From contig OZ242011.1 in NCBI GenBank assembly GCA_965204755.1, positions 960,001-1,024,000 on the forward strand: a stretch of DNA of 64,000 nt, given 5' to 3'. The notes below the pieces were generated by a model, which was given only the letters and a program-made list of their open reading frames with translations, made no database searches and had not been told where the DNA came from. The translations under genes and the position numbers were made by a program. Source of the stretch: Candidatus Marinacidobacterium sp. GTDB taxonomy: Bacteria; Acidobacteriota; Vicinamibacteria; Marinacidobacterales; Marinacidobacteraceae. Position 1 is the first letter of the stretch. The number at the start of each line of letters is the position of its first letter. Of this stretch, positions 46,001 through 55,946 are shown piece by piece.

Positions 46001-46456
46001 CCCGGCGATCCCCAGCCGCCGACCGTCTTCCGGCGAGTAGATGCGGGCGACGCCGGCGCGGTGGAGGGCGTCGGCCTCGCGCGAGCGGATGACGCCGCCG
46101 CCGCCGCCGAACACCGGGATGCGCGCGCCGCCGCCCTCCCGGAGCAGTTCCACCAGGAAGCGGAAGAACTCGTTGTGGCCGCCCTGGTAGGAGGAAACCG
46201 CGACCCCGTCGGCGTCCTCCTCGACCGCGGCGGCGGCGATCTCGGCCGCCGACCGGTTGTGTCCGAGATGGACGACTTCCGCGCCCCGGTCCTGCAGCAG
46301 CCGGCGGAAGACATGGATCGAGGCGTCGTGCCCGTCGAAGAGCGCCGCCGCGGTCACGAACCGGAGCGGGGTCCCCGGATCCGGCGCCGCCCCTCCCGGC
46401 GAGACTGCCGGGGAGCGAAGCGTCGGCGCCCGGAGCGCCGCTTCGCCGGGGGTCAC
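43067..46456 (-). CDS. icmF: Fused isobutyryl-CoA mutase (B12 domain, MeaB-like GTPase, mutase)
   Basis: FDGHDAS, GTGGAGKSS, GDRIR, RQFAGEG, VRGTVQADILKEDQAQN. Confidence 0.93.
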   Translation of the reverse strand: MTPGEAALRAPTLRSPAVSPGGAAPDPGTPLRFVTAAALFDGHDASIHVFRRLLQDRGAEVVHLGHNRSAAEIAAAAVEEDADGVAVSSYQGGHNEFFRFLVELLREGGGARIPVFGGGGGVIRSREADALHRAGVARIYSPEDGRRLGIAGMAEDMLRRAGEARAAREEPPFAALLGALAPGDPTFAASAPAVSRLISRAEVRGLAEEERAALRALLPAARAPLLGITGTGGAGKSSVLDELLLRFLSGGSSDGAAPGKIGVLAVDPTKRRTGGALLGDRIRLNAASVPRVFVRSLATRRTGSELAAACADAALVLRAAGCGLLIVETGGIGQGNSAVVEIADFSLYVMTADYGAETQLEKIDMLDFADAVALNKADRPGAEDALLSVRRAVRRSRSLPRSAEVPVFPTVAGRFADPGLDALHARISAALGFAPAEATAAPAEATAAPAAEARPEPPAPGLLPASRSSYLAEIAAALRAERRRVEGESDLAARIEHLEAAAADLSGSDSAEDANDAPALPARLAERAAALRRQLSADSRALLEGWPDLRERYLAATTPFPVRGRELEVENRRETLSGTPLPRVALPEFRSAGDTLRFLHQENLPGHYPFTAGVFPFRETGEPPRRQFAGEGGPARTNRRFHLLAGSQDATRLSVAFDSVTLYGEDPARRPDIFGKIGEGGVSVATLDDMAELFRGFRLTDPKTSVSMTINGPAPAVLAMFLNTAVRQEVEAFTRERGRAPTEEERAGIRRRALEVVRGTVQADILKEDQAQNTCIFSTAFALRLMGDVQEYFIENGVRNFYSASVSGYHIAEAGANPITQLAFTLANGFTYVEYFLARGLPVDEFARNLSFFFSNGLDPEYAVMSRVARRIWARAMRLLYGAGERSQKFKVHIQTSGRSLHASEVQFNDIRTTLQALTALTDACNSLHTNAYDEAITTPTPESVRRAVAIQKIILQEYGMSWNENSLSGSFAASWLTDRVEEAVLEEFDRLDARGGVLAAMERQYQRHRIQEESFRFESRKDSGELPIIGVNTFRAEDDGPGAAEEPEEPAERLARATAEEKEERVRAVESFRERRRAAAGPALDRLRKTALEGGNVFAELMDTVRSASLGQITQALYEVGGRYRRAT

Positions 46457-46824
46457 GGCCCCGGGTCTTCGGGGCGGGACTCCGGCGGCGCCGCCGCCGG
46501 CGGCGGGGGGGGCGCGCCGACCGCCGCGGCTTCCTCGACTTCTTCGCGGAGTTTCTTGCCGGGACGGAAGAAGGGCACCCGGCGCGGCGGGGCGATCACC
46601 GGCTCGCCGGTGCGCGGGTTCCGGGTCACGCGGGCCCGGCGGCTCCGCAGGCGGAAACTGCCGAAGCCCCGGATCTCCACTTCCTCCCCGGTGGCCAGGG
46701 CTTCGGCGATCGAGCGGAAGACCATGCCGACGACCGACTCCGCGTCCCGGCGCGAGATGCCGGTCGTCTCGGCGATCTCCGCCGCGAGGCGGGCGCGGGT
46801 GCTGCTCGGCGCCGCGGGCTTCAC
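46453..46824 (-). CDS. IHF-beta/HU family DNA-binding protein
   Basis: VEIRGFGSF...RNPRTGE...FRPGK.LR; GTGA overlap with rpsA. Confidence 0.9.
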   Translation of the reverse strand: MKPAAPSSTRARLAAEIAETTGISRRDAESVVGMVFRSIAEALATGEEVEIRGFGSFRLRSRRARVTRNPRTGEPVIAPPRRVPFFRPGKKLREEVEEAAAVGAPPPPPAAAPPESRPEDPGP

Positions 46825-48878
46825 CGCTTCCAGATGTCTCCGATCTTCACCGAACCCGGCGCGCCGAGATCGTCTCCCTCGTAGGACTCTTCCGCGGCGC
46901 GCAGCGAGAGCCCGACCTTCCGGTCGTCGCGGCTCAGCCGGACGATCCGCAACCGGTACGAAGTGCCGAGGTCGAGCGCGTCCTCGGCCTTCGAGGGCGG
47001 CGGCTCGGCGATGTCGTTCAGCCGCAGGAGTCCTTCGATGCCCTCCTCGATCTGGACGAAGGCGCCGAAGTCGGCGAAGCGGATGACGGTGCCGTCCACC
47101 AGGTCGCCTTCCTGCTGCCGGGTGAAGAAGCCCTCCCAGGCGTCGTCGGAGAGTTGCTTCCGCCCGAGCGAGAGGCGGCGGTTGTCCGGGTCGATGCTCA
47201 GGACCACGGTCTCCACCTTCTCGCCGAGTTTCAGCACATCGGAAGGATGGTTGATCCGCTTGTTCCAACTCAGGTCGGAGATGTGGATCAGCCCGTCTAT
47301 GGACTCGTCCACTTCCACGAAGGCGCCGAAGTCGGTGAACTTGCGGACCGTGCCGGCGAGGCGCGAGCCGATCGGGAAGCGCTCGGCGAGGCGCGGCCAG
47401 GGGTTCTCCTCGATCTGCTTGAGGCCGAGGCTGATGCGGCGCGCCTTGAGGTCCATGCGGAGCACCATCGCCTCCACATAGTCACCCTTGGAGAGGATGC
47501 GCGAGGGGTGCTTGATGCGGCTCGACCAACTCATCTCGCTCACATGGATGAGTCCCTCGACGCCGGGCTCCATCTCCACGAACGCGCCGTAGTCGGTGAG
47601 GCTGACCACCTTGCCGCGCACCTTGGAGCCGACGCTGTAGCGCTCGTTCACGGTGGTCCAGGGGTCCACATTCAACTGCTTGTAGCCGAGCGAGACCCGC
47701 TCCGCCTCGGAGTCGAACCGGAGGATGACCACTTCGATGCGGTCGCCCACCTTCATGAGTTCCGACGGATGCTCCAGGCGGCGGAAGGACATCTCGCGGA
47801 TGTGGAGCAGGCCGCAGATGCCGCCGATGTCCACGAAGGCGCCGTAGTCGGTGAGATCGCGGACTTCGCCGCGGAAGACCCGGCCCACTTCGAGCGCGGC
47901 CAGCGTCTTCTCCTTCTCCTCTTCGAGCACCACCCGGCGGGAGAGCACGATGTTCCCGCGCCGCTTGTTGAGTTTGATGACGCGCAGTTCGAGTTCGCGG
48001 CCCTTGTAACTGCCGAGGTTGCGCACCGGGCGCAGGTCCACCTGGGAGCCGGGAAGGAACCCGCGCACGCCGATCTCGCCGATCTCCACTTCGAGACCGC
48101 CGCGGATGCGCTCGACCACGCGGCCGAGCACCGTGGTCTGCTTCTCGAAGGCGTCTTCGATCTGGTTCCAGACGCGCATCTTCTGCGCCTTCCGGAAGGA
48201 CAGGCTCAGGTGGCCGCGGCGGTTGTCGCAGCGCTGGACGAGCACCTCGACTTCGTCGCCGGGGGCGATCTTGACATTCCCCTCCACATCGCGGAACTCG
48301 TCGAGGGAGATGATGCCTTCGGCCTTGTAGCCGATGTCCACGACCACTTCGCTGTCGCGCAACTGGACGACCCGGCCCACTTCCAACTCGTTCTCGTTGA
48401 CCTGGGGGTCGTAGGCGTCGAGGAACTGCTCGAACTGGGCGTCTTCGCTGAGTTCGACCGGGGCTTCCGCGCCGTTCCCGCTTCCGTTCCCGCTTCCGTT
48501 CGTGGAAGCGTCCACCGGCGTAACCGCCGGCGTTTCGCCGGCGCCGTCGGCCTCCGGGACAGGGTCGGGCGCGGCGCCGTCGCCGCCACCGTCGCCAACT
48601 GTCGCGGGAGCGGCGTCCGCTTCCGCGGCGGCCGCGCCGTCACCTCCGTCCGCCGCCGGCGGCGCCGGGACTTCGGGAGCGGCAACGGCGTCTGCGGCGT
48701 CGACGCTCGGGGCGGCGGCGATCGCCTCCGCGGAAAACTCGGGATCGGGCGCGGCCGCAAGAGACTCGGGAAGAGACTCGGGAAGCGGCTCGGGTCGGGG
48801 ATGATCCGTTCGTGGCTGTTCGGTTTGGGGGGTTTCGGGCATACCCTCGCTGACGGCCCCGGAAGACTGGGCGCTCAT
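46821..48878 (-). CDS. rpsA: 30S ribosomal protein S1 with an Ala/Pro-rich N-terminal extension
   Basis: Six S1 domains (VDIGYKAEG, FLPGSQVD, DYGAFV...); start at 48878 or 48842. Confidence 0.93.
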   Translation of the reverse strand: MSAQSSGAVSEGMPETPQTEQPRTDHPRPEPLPESLPESLAAAPDPEFSAEAIAAAPSVDAADAVAAPEVPAPPAADGGDGAAAAEADAAPATVGDGGGDGAAPDPVPEADGAGETPAVTPVDASTNGSGNGSGNGAEAPVELSEDAQFEQFLDAYDPQVNENELEVGRVVQLRDSEVVVDIGYKAEGIISLDEFRDVEGNVKIAPGDEVEVLVQRCDNRRGHLSLSFRKAQKMRVWNQIEDAFEKQTTVLGRVVERIRGGLEVEIGEIGVRGFLPGSQVDLRPVRNLGSYKGRELELRVIKLNKRRGNIVLSRRVVLEEEKEKTLAALEVGRVFRGEVRDLTDYGAFVDIGGICGLLHIREMSFRRLEHPSELMKVGDRIEVVILRFDSEAERVSLGYKQLNVDPWTTVNERYSVGSKVRGKVVSLTDYGAFVEMEPGVEGLIHVSEMSWSSRIKHPSRILSKGDYVEAMVLRMDLKARRISLGLKQIEENPWPRLAERFPIGSRLAGTVRKFTDFGAFVEVDESIDGLIHISDLSWNKRINHPSDVLKLGEKVETVVLSIDPDNRRLSLGRKQLSDDAWEGFFTRQQEGDLVDGTVIRFADFGAFVQIEEGIEGLLRLNDIAEPPPSKAEDALDLGTSYRLRIVRLSRDDRKVGLSLRAAEESYEGDDLGAPGSVKIGDIWKR

Positions 48879-49035
48879 TGGGATGGGGAAGAACCTCGGG
48901 ATCGGGGGCCCGAACCGGACGCCGCGGCGGATCGCCGGCGGCGAAACGGGAAGGCCCCTCTCTCCCCGACGAACGGCGAAGCCGGGAGTCGGCCGCGCCC
49001 GCAGGGCGCCGAGGCCGCCGTCGGGGGAACGGGGA

Positions 49036-49200
49036 ATCCTAACAGCCCGAAGCCCGACCGCTGCGCGGCGCATCGGGCCGGCAGGCCGCCGAGCCGCGGG
49101 AGGCGGGGCGGCGGGGGCGCGCCGCGCCGCCGACCGGGCCCGGCCGAATTCCCGCCGGAGCGGGGCGCCGGAGAGGCGGGGAGGGCGCGGATGGTAGGAT
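49036..49200. promoter_or_regulatory. Divergent extended -10 promoters for rpsA (minus strand) and the oxidoreductase operon (plus strand)
   Basis: TGTTAGGAT on the minus strand (49044-49036) and TGGTAGGAT on the plus strand (49192-49200). Confidence 0.55.
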
Positions 49201-49323
49201 TTCCGGCTGTTTCGCCGGCTGACGAGGCCGGCGGGAGGCCCGGCGTCCTCGGAGGGAGCCGCCGGGGAGGGCGGCCACCGCCCGATCTCGACCCTCCGGG
49301 AGACGACGAGCACGGTTCAACGC

Positions 49324-51129
49324 ATGGCACAGGGTTTCGACTTCACGCTCGCGATCGGCGGAGCGGCCGGACAGGGGATCGCCACCCCCGGCAACATCCT
49401 CGCCCGCATGTTCGTGCGGCGGGGACTCCACCTCCACGCCTACAACGCCTACCAGTCCATCATCCGGGGCGGGCACATCCTGCTCACCATGCGCGTGAAG
49501 GACGAAGAAGCGCTCTCGCACGGCGACGGCATGGACCTGCTCCTCAGCCTGAACCAGGACACGATGTCCCGCCACCTCGAACACCTCGGGCCCGGCGGAT
49601 ACGCGGTATTCAACTCGGATTCGGTCACTCCCGGCGAACACGCGGACGGCGTGCACCTCTGCGGGATGCCGGTGGACGAACTCACCGGCGACGCGAAGAA
49701 CCGCCTGGCGCAGAACACCGCGGCGCTCGGCGTCATCTGCCACCTGTTCGGCCTCGACTTCGAGGTCCTCGAAGAAGCGCTCACCCTGCAATTCCGCAGC
49801 AAGGGCGACGAAGTGGTCTCCTCCAATGTGGAAGTCGCCCGCGCCGCGTACCGGTACTCCGCGGAGAACTTCCCCCCGCACTCCGAGCCGCTGCCGAAGA
49901 ACCCGGACCCGCTCGCGGTCTGGACCGGGAACGAGGCGCTGGCGATGGGCGGCGCCGCCGCCGGCGTGAAGTTCTACTGCGCCTACCCGATGAGCCCCTC
50001 CACCGGGGTGCTCCACTGGATGGCCAAGAACGCGCGCGAACTCGGCATCATGGTGCGGCAGGTGGAAGACGAGATCGGCGTGGCCAACATGGCGGTCGGC
50101 GCGGCGCACACCGGCGCCCGGACCATGTGCGCCACTTCCGGCGGCGGCTTCGCGCTGATGACCGAAGCGGTGGGCTCGGCGGCGATGATGGAGATCCCGG
50201 TGGTGTTCATCAATGTGATGCGCGCCGGCCCCTCCACCGGAGTCCCCACGAAGACCGAGCAGGGCGACCTGTGGCAGGCGCTCGGCGCGAGCCAGGGTGA
50301 CTTCGAACGCATCGTGGTGGCGCCGAAGAGCGCGCGCGACGCCTTCTCGACCATCGGCGAAGTGTTCAACTTGGTCGACCGGTACCAGTGCCCGGCGATC
50401 GTCCTCTCCGACCTGCTGATCTCCGAAGGCACCTTCAGCGTGCCGCCGAAGGACATCGACATGTTCCCGCCGATCGACCGGGGGAAACTCATCCGCGAGG
50501 CGGCGGAGGGACAAAACGGGGCCGACGGGAACGGCGTCTACTTGCGGTACCGGGACACGGAGGACGGGATCTCGCCCCGCGCGACGCCCGGCGTCCCCGG
50601 ACATGTCCACACGGTCGCCACCGACGAACACGACGAGGAAGGCATCCTCATCTCCGACGAGTTCACGAACCCGATCAAGCGCCGGCAGATGGTGGAAAAG
50701 CGCGCCCGGAAGATGCGCGACTACCTGACGCGCATTCCCGCGCCGGAAGTCGAAGGCGACGAGGACGCCGAAGTCACGCTGGTCGGCTGGGGCTCCACCT
50801 GGGGAGTCATCGGCGAGGCGATGGAGCAGTTGCGCGCCGACGGCGTCCGGGTGAACCGCCTGGCGGTGAAGTGGATCCTGCCGCTCCACGGCGACGAGAT
50901 CGCGAAGTCGCTGACCGCCGCCCGGCGCGTGCTCATCGTCGAGAACAACCACTCCGGCCAGTTCCACCGCTACCTCCGGGGCGAAACCGGAGTCACCGCC
51001 GACGGGCACATCCGCAAGTACGACGGCGAGCCGTTCATGCCCCACCACATCGCCGACGGGGTGAAAGCCCACCTCGCCGGCGAAGTCCCGGACGGCGTCT
51101 TCGTGCCGACCCAGGAAATCATCGTCTAG
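49324..51129 (+). CDS. 2-oxoacid:ferredoxin oxidoreductase alpha subunit
   Basis: GGAAGQG, GNEALA, YPMSP, QVEDEI, TSGGG, GPSTGVPT. Confidence 0.95.
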   Translation: MAQGFDFTLAIGGAAGQGIATPGNILARMFVRRGLHLHAYNAYQSIIRGGHILLTMRVKDEEALSHGDGMDLLLSLNQDTMSRHLEHLGPGGYAVFNSDSVTPGEHADGVHLCGMPVDELTGDAKNRLAQNTAALGVICHLFGLDFEVLEEALTLQFRSKGDEVVSSNVEVARAAYRYSAENFPPHSEPLPKNPDPLAVWTGNEALAMGGAAAGVKFYCAYPMSPSTGVLHWMAKNARELGIMVRQVEDEIGVANMAVGAAHTGARTMCATSGGGFALMTEAVGSAAMMEIPVVFINVMRAGPSTGVPTKTEQGDLWQALGASQGDFERIVVAPKSARDAFSTIGEVFNLVDRYQCPAIVLSDLLISEGTFSVPPKDIDMFPPIDRGKLIREAAEGQNGADGNGVYLRYRDTEDGISPRATPGVPGHVHTVATDEHDEEGILISDEFTNPIKRRQMVEKRARKMRDYLTRIPAPEVEGDEDAEVTLVGWGSTWGVIGEAMEQLRADGVRVNRLAVKWILPLHGDEIAKSLTAARRVLIVENNHSGQFHRYLRGETGVTADGHIRKYDGEPFMPHHIADGVKAHLAGEVPDGVFVPTQEIIV

Positions 51130-51193
51130 ACCCCGTCAGACCCCCCGTCAACCCCCTGTCAGGCCCCGCAGCCCGAACCCCGCAGGAGAACCC

Positions 51194-52096
51194 ATGAGCA
51201 CCGCCGTAGCCGTAGCCGAAAAGCCGCTGACCGCCAAGGACTTCAAGGGCAAGGTCGAACCGGACTGGTGTCCCGGCTGCGGCGACTTCGGCCTGCTGCG
51301 GGCGACCCAGACCTCGGTCGCGCAACTCGGTCTCCGGCCGCACGACATCGTGTGCGTCAGCGGGATCGGCTGCTCCTCGAACTTCCCCGGGTTCTTCCAT
51401 TCCTACGGGATGCACACCCTGCACGGCCGGGCGCTCGCGGTGGCCACCGGCGTGAAGATGGCGAACCAGGGGCTCACCGTGCTGGTCACCGGCGGGGACG
51501 GCGACGGCTACGGCATCGGCGGCAACCACTTCACCCACACCGCCCGCCGCAACATCGACCTCACCTACCTGGTGATGAACAACCAGATCTACGGGCTCAC
51601 CACCGGCCAGGTGTCGCCGAGCAGCAGCGTCGGCATGAAGACCAAGTCCACCCCGTTCGGGAACCTCGAGCGGCCGGTGAACCCGATCACCTCCGCGATC
51701 ATGAACGGCGCGACCTATGTGGCGCGGAGTTTCTCCGGCAACCAGAAGCAGTTGGTCTCGCTCATCAAGGGCGCGATCGAACATCCCGGCTTCGCGGTCA
51801 TCGATGTGTTCAGCCCCTGCGTGACCTTCAACCGCGACAACACCTACGCCTTCTTCCGCGAGCGCATCCGGCCCCTCGAAGACGAGGAGCACGATCCCTC
51901 GGACTGGAAGGCGGCGTGCGAGAAGGCGATGTTCTGGGAGGACCGGATCTATACCGGTCTCTTCTTCCAAAACCGCGCCGAAAAGCCCCTCCACGAGTTG
52001 GAGCCGATCCTCGACGACGGCGCCCCGGCGGTGGCCCGACGGCCGGAACCGCTGACCGTGGAACAGCGCGACCGCATCGTCGCCCGAATGATGTAA
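51194..52096 (+). CDS. 2-oxoacid:ferredoxin oxidoreductase beta subunit
   Basis: WCPGCGD, SGIGCS, GGDGD, SPCVTFN. Confidence 0.95.
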   Translation: MSTAVAVAEKPLTAKDFKGKVEPDWCPGCGDFGLLRATQTSVAQLGLRPHDIVCVSGIGCSSNFPGFFHSYGMHTLHGRALAVATGVKMANQGLTVLVTGGDGDGYGIGGNHFTHTARRNIDLTYLVMNNQIYGLTTGQVSPSSSVGMKTKSTPFGNLERPVNPITSAIMNGATYVARSFSGNQKQLVSLIKGAIEHPGFAVIDVFSPCVTFNRDNTYAFFRERIRPLEDEEHDPSDWKAACEKAMFWEDRIYTGLFFQNRAEKPLHELEPILDDGAPAVARRPEPLTVEQRDRIVARMM

Positions 52097-52102
52097 GGCG
52101 GA

Positions 52103-53101
52103 TTGGCGGTAAGTCCCTCGGGCCGGGACGGCGCCCGGAAGCCGTCCGATACGCCGCTCGCCGAGGGGAAGGCCCTGCTGGCGGGGCCGAAGCGGCCGCC
52201 GCCGGTCGGGTCGGCGGAACTCGGCCTGTTGGTCGTGGTCGCCGCCTGGGCGATGAATTTCAGTCTGGTCAAGTACGCGGTCGGCATCTGGGACGCCTAC
52301 GCGTTCAACCTGCTCCGGCTGGCCGCCGGGGTGGCGGTGCTCCTCGCCGCCTGGGCGCTCTCCCGGCGGCGGACGAAGTTCGAGTGGAGCGACGCGCCCA
52401 AACTGCTCGGGCTCGCCTTCGTCGGACATGTGGTCTTCCAGTTGGGGTTCATCCACGGCACCGACGCTTCGTCGGCGGGAAGCGCGGCGCTCATCCTGGC
52501 GCTGATTCCCCTGATGATCGCGGTGATGGCCTGGACCAGCCGGGCCGAGCCCTTCTGCCGGCACACCGCCGCCGGACTCGTCGTCTCCGGGGCCGGGGTC
52601 GCGCTGGTTTCCGGCGCGGAGCCGACGACGGCCGCGCTGCTCGGCGACCTGTGGCTCTTCTTCGCCGCGGTCGGCTGGGCGGTCTATACGGTGTGGAGCG
52701 CGCCGCTCGTCCGGAAGTACGGCCCGGTGCGCCTCTGCGCCTGGACGGTGACCCTGGGCGCCCTGATCCTGACGCTGCCGGCGCCGTTCTTCCTCGACTC
52801 CGCCGACTTCACGGCGGCGCCGTCGGCGGGACTCTGGGCGGCGGCAGTCTCCGGCGTGGCGGCGATCTCGCTGGCGCACATCTTCTGGGGGCACGCCTCG
52901 GCGCGGGTCGGCCCCACGCTGACCGGCGTGTATTCGCAGGTGGTGCCGCTCCCGGCCCTGGTCATCAGTTGGGTCTGGCTGGGCGAAACGCTGCCGGCCG
53001 CCAAGTTGATCGGCGGCTTCCTCGTGCTGGCCGGGATCTCGCTCGCCCGGATGCACTGGCTGTGGTCGGGCGATAGAGTTCACGGCCGCGCCGCGGCCTG
53101 A
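52103..53101 (+). CDS. DMT/EamA-family transporter
   Basis: About 10 TM helices in two repeats; WLGE motif; start uncertain. Confidence 0.85.
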   Translation: MAVSPSGRDGARKPSDTPLAEGKALLAGPKRPPPVGSAELGLLVVVAAWAMNFSLVKYAVGIWDAYAFNLLRLAAGVAVLLAAWALSRRRTKFEWSDAPKLLGLAFVGHVVFQLGFIHGTDASSAGSAALILALIPLMIAVMAWTSRAEPFCRHTAAGLVVSGAGVALVSGAEPTTAALLGDLWLFFAAVGWAVYTVWSAPLVRKYGPVRLCAWTVTLGALILTLPAPFFLDSADFTAAPSAGLWAAAVSGVAAISLAHIFWGHASARVGPTLTGVYSQVVPLPALVISWVWLGETLPAAKLIGGFLVLAGISLARMHWLWSGDRVHGRAAA

Positions 53102-53238
53102 CGGCCGGGAAAGCCGGCGCCCGGGTCACGCGGGCTGCCGAAACGGAATCCGCCGGCGCCGCCCGGCGCGCGGAACGGCCGCGGGGACGCCACGAGAACG
53201 CCGAGGAATCGAGCGACAACGAACAGGACACGAGGGCC

Positions 53239-54117
53239 ATGGCCACCGAATTCCAACTGAAGACCGGTCTCGCCGACATGCTCAAGGGCGGGGCGATCAT
53301 GGATGTGACCGACGCCGGGCAGGCGAAGATCGCCGAGGACGCCGGCGCGGTCAGCGTCATGGCGCTCGAGCGCGTGCCGGCGGACATCCGCCGGGACGGC
53401 GGCGTCGCCCGCATGTCCTCGCCGGAGAAGATCCGGGAGATCATGGAGACGGTGAGCATCCCGGTGATGGCGAAGGTCCGCATCGGCCACTTCGTCGAAG
53501 CGCAGATCCTCCAGCAGATGGGCGTGGACTTCGTGGACGAGAGCGAAGTGCTCACCCCCGCCGACGAGGAGAACCACATCGAGAAGCACGCCTTCGAGGT
53601 GCCGTTCGTCTGCGGCTGCCGCAACCTCGGCGAGGCGCTCCGCCGGATCGGCGAAGGCGCGGCGCTCATCCGCACCAAGGGCGAGGCCGGCTCCGGCAAC
53701 ATCGTGGAAGCGGTGCGACACCTCCGCCGGATCAACGCGGAGATGCGGCAGTTGACCGTGCTGTCGGCGGACGAACTGATGACCGCCGCGAAGGAACTCC
53801 AGGCGCCGTACGAGATCGTGCGGATGGTGGCCCGGGACGGCAAGTTGCCGGTCCCGAACTTCGCCGCCGGCGGCGTGGCGACCCCGGCGGACGCCGCGCT
53901 CTGCATGCAACTCGGCGCCGAGTCGGTGTTCGTCGGCTCCGGCATCTTCAAGTCCGACGACCCGGCGCAGCGCGCGCAGGCGATCGTGAAGGCGGTGACC
54001 CACTACCGGGATCCCGAGGTGCTGGTCGAGGTCTCCGAGGGCCTCGGCGAGCCGATGCGCGGCCTGGACATCGCCGCGATGCCGGAAGAGGAACTGCTGC
54101 AGACGCGGGGGAACTGA
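53239..54117 (+). CDS. pdxS: PLP synthase lyase subunit
   Basis: [38 protein letters not shown]. Confidence 0.97.
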   Translation: MATEFQLKTGLADMLKGGAIMDVTDAGQAKIAEDAGAVSVMALERVPADIRRDGGVARMSSPEKIREIMETVSIPVMAKVRIGHFVEAQILQQMGVDFVDESEVLTPADEENHIEKHAFEVPFVCGCRNLGEALRRIGEGAALIRTKGEAGSGNIVEAVRHLRRINAEMRQLTVLSADELMTAAKELQAPYEIVRMVARDGKLPVPNFAAGGVATPADAALCMQLGAESVFVGSGIFKSDDPAQRAQAIVKAVTHYRDPEVLVEVSEGLGEPMRGLDIAAMPEEELLQTRGN

Positions 54118-54137
54118 CCTCTCCGGGGGAGCGGACG

Positions 54138-54785
54138 GTGGCCGACACGACCGACCCCTCCCCCGTCGCGCGCTCGTTGGCCGGGTCGCGTTCCTCCGCC
54201 CCGCCCCGCATCGGGGTGCTGGCGCTCCAGGGTAGTTTCGCGCTCCACCGCGTGATGCTGGAGCGCCTCGGCGCCTTCGCCGGCGAAGTGCGGAAGGCCG
54301 GCCAGTTGGACGGCCTCGACGGCCTGGTGATCCCCGGCGGCGAGAGTTCGACGATGCTGAAGTTCCTCCTCGAAGAGGGGCTGTACGACCCGCTCCGGGA
54401 GTTCGCCGCGCGCGGCGGCGCGCTCTACGGGACCTGCGCCGGCGCGATCCTGCTCGCCCGCTCGGTGGAGAACCCGTCCCAGGACTCGTTGGGACTGCTC
54501 GACCTGACGATCCGGCGCAACGGCTACGGCCGCCAGATCGACAGCCACATCTCGTCGGTCCCCTGCCCCGAGTTGGGCGACCCGGCGTTGCCGGTCGTCA
54601 TGATCCGCGCCCCGGTCATCTCCGCCTGCGGCCCCGGCGTCCGCGTGCTGGCGTCCCACCGGGGACAGGCGGTCCTGGTACGCGAGGGGCGCGTCTTGGC
54701 AAGCACCTTCCACCCGGAGTTGACGGACGATGGGCGGGTGCATTCCTACTTCGCGGCGATGGCAAGGCATCCCGAGCCTTGTTAG
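54138..54785 (+). CDS. pdxT: PLP synthase glutaminase subunit
   Basis: GVLALQG, PGGES, GTCAG, RNGYGRQ, FHPELT. Confidence 0.95.
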   Translation: MADTTDPSPVARSLAGSRSSAPPRIGVLALQGSFALHRVMLERLGAFAGEVRKAGQLDGLDGLVIPGGESSTMLKFLLEEGLYDPLREFAARGGALYGTCAGAILLARSVENPSQDSLGLLDLTIRRNGYGRQIDSHISSVPCPELGDPALPVVMIRAPVISACGPGVRVLASHRGQAVLVREGRVLASTFHPELTDDGRVHSYFAAMARHPEPC

Positions 54786-54789
54786 GTGC

Positions 54790-55448
54790 GACGCCGCTCA
54801 ACAATTGGCGCAGCTGCGGAGGACGGCAACTGGCACGCGCATATGCCCGCCATCTTTGCCGATCACGCCAACAACTCCGAGGTGGCGAAAACGGTCGCCC
54901 GCTGCCTTAGTTCGCAAGTTCGTCCCGGCGCTCTTTTCCCACTTTTTCTCCCGAAGTTGGTCCGCGATCTTCTCCAACTGGTAAGCGGTTCGTCAACGAA
55001 TTTACGAAGGTGAAGTACCGCTGGCGGCGACTTCCGCCCCTCGCCTTCTTCTGGAACTCGGTCTCCTCCCACTCGTCGCAGATGAACCACTGGTGGTTCC
55101 TCGTCAGGCCCCCGCACCGCGGCGGCAACGACGCGCTTAGCTTCGTCTTCCGTCAGGGGGTCACCGTCGTGGACAGGAATACTGCCGCCCTCGATGCCCA
55201 AGTCACAGATCATCCGCTTTTGCAATGTGCCCAATCGCACGGACGGCCTTCCAATCGCACACACCGAGATACCTCGCGCCTTGAAGAAAGGTCGATGGCG
55301 CGAGATCAGGGGATCAGCCGCTCGGCGACGGTACGCATGCGGCTCGAGACAGCGTCTCCTCCCACTCAACGGTCCGATGCAGAGGGTTGTCCGGCGAACG
55401 GTTGGAAGTACGACTCGGAGCGACGAAGTTCGGCTTGCGCCCGATCAC
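54790..55448 (-). pseudogene. Lower-GC segment, probably a multiply frameshifted gene of unknown family
   Basis: Composition shift; protein-like stretches alternate between the minus-strand frames; GTG start overlaps the stop of the upstream small ORF. Confidence 0.4.
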
Positions 55449-55648
55449 GATGAGCCTCCTTGCGTCAGCATCGCTTCGAGCCGACTTGCCGCTCTCTCCG
55501 CCGCTCGAATCTGCGCACGCCACACTTTTCTCTGCTTGCGGAGCCCCTTGCCCCCCGCCGCATCGACCCGTGCAGTCAGTTTGGCGATGAGCGCCCTGTA
55601 GCCTGTGATCTGCTCCTCGACGCGAGAGATGATCTCGTCATCGGTCAT
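55445..55648 (-). CDS. Small helical hypothetical protein (67 aa)
   Basis: MTDDEIISRVEEQITGYRALIAKL...; amphipathic pattern; its 3' end contains an AGGAGG RBS for the next gene. Confidence 0.5.
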   Translation of the reverse strand: MTDDEIISRVEEQITGYRALIAKLTARVDAAGGKGLRKQRKVWRAQIRAAERAASRLEAMLTQGGSS

Positions 55649-55946
55649 GCTTCGCACAGTCGCACTCGATGGGCTGGCTGCTGGCCCGCTCCTGTTCGGC
55701 TTGCTCGTAAACGGCGACGGCCTTGCCGAGCGCCTGCGCTTCTCGCGAGCCAAGTTCGAGTGTTCCTCTCCGGTTGGGCGGGCTTGACCGCCGGATCGGC
55801 CGAGTGTACTGAATCGGTCATTCACGACCGAGAGCCCAGTAGTGCGGGTAGGCGGGCACCGCCCGATCGAGTAACCCGGCGATCGCTTGGCTCCCCTGTC
55901 CCGATCGGAGCCGGGGGGGACTCGGTTTCGGGACGATGGGGATAGC

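Noticed and set aside
46400-46460. Cobalamin riboswitch upstream of icmF
   Set aside because: icmF overlaps the upstream gene, leaving no leader, and no B12-box is visible
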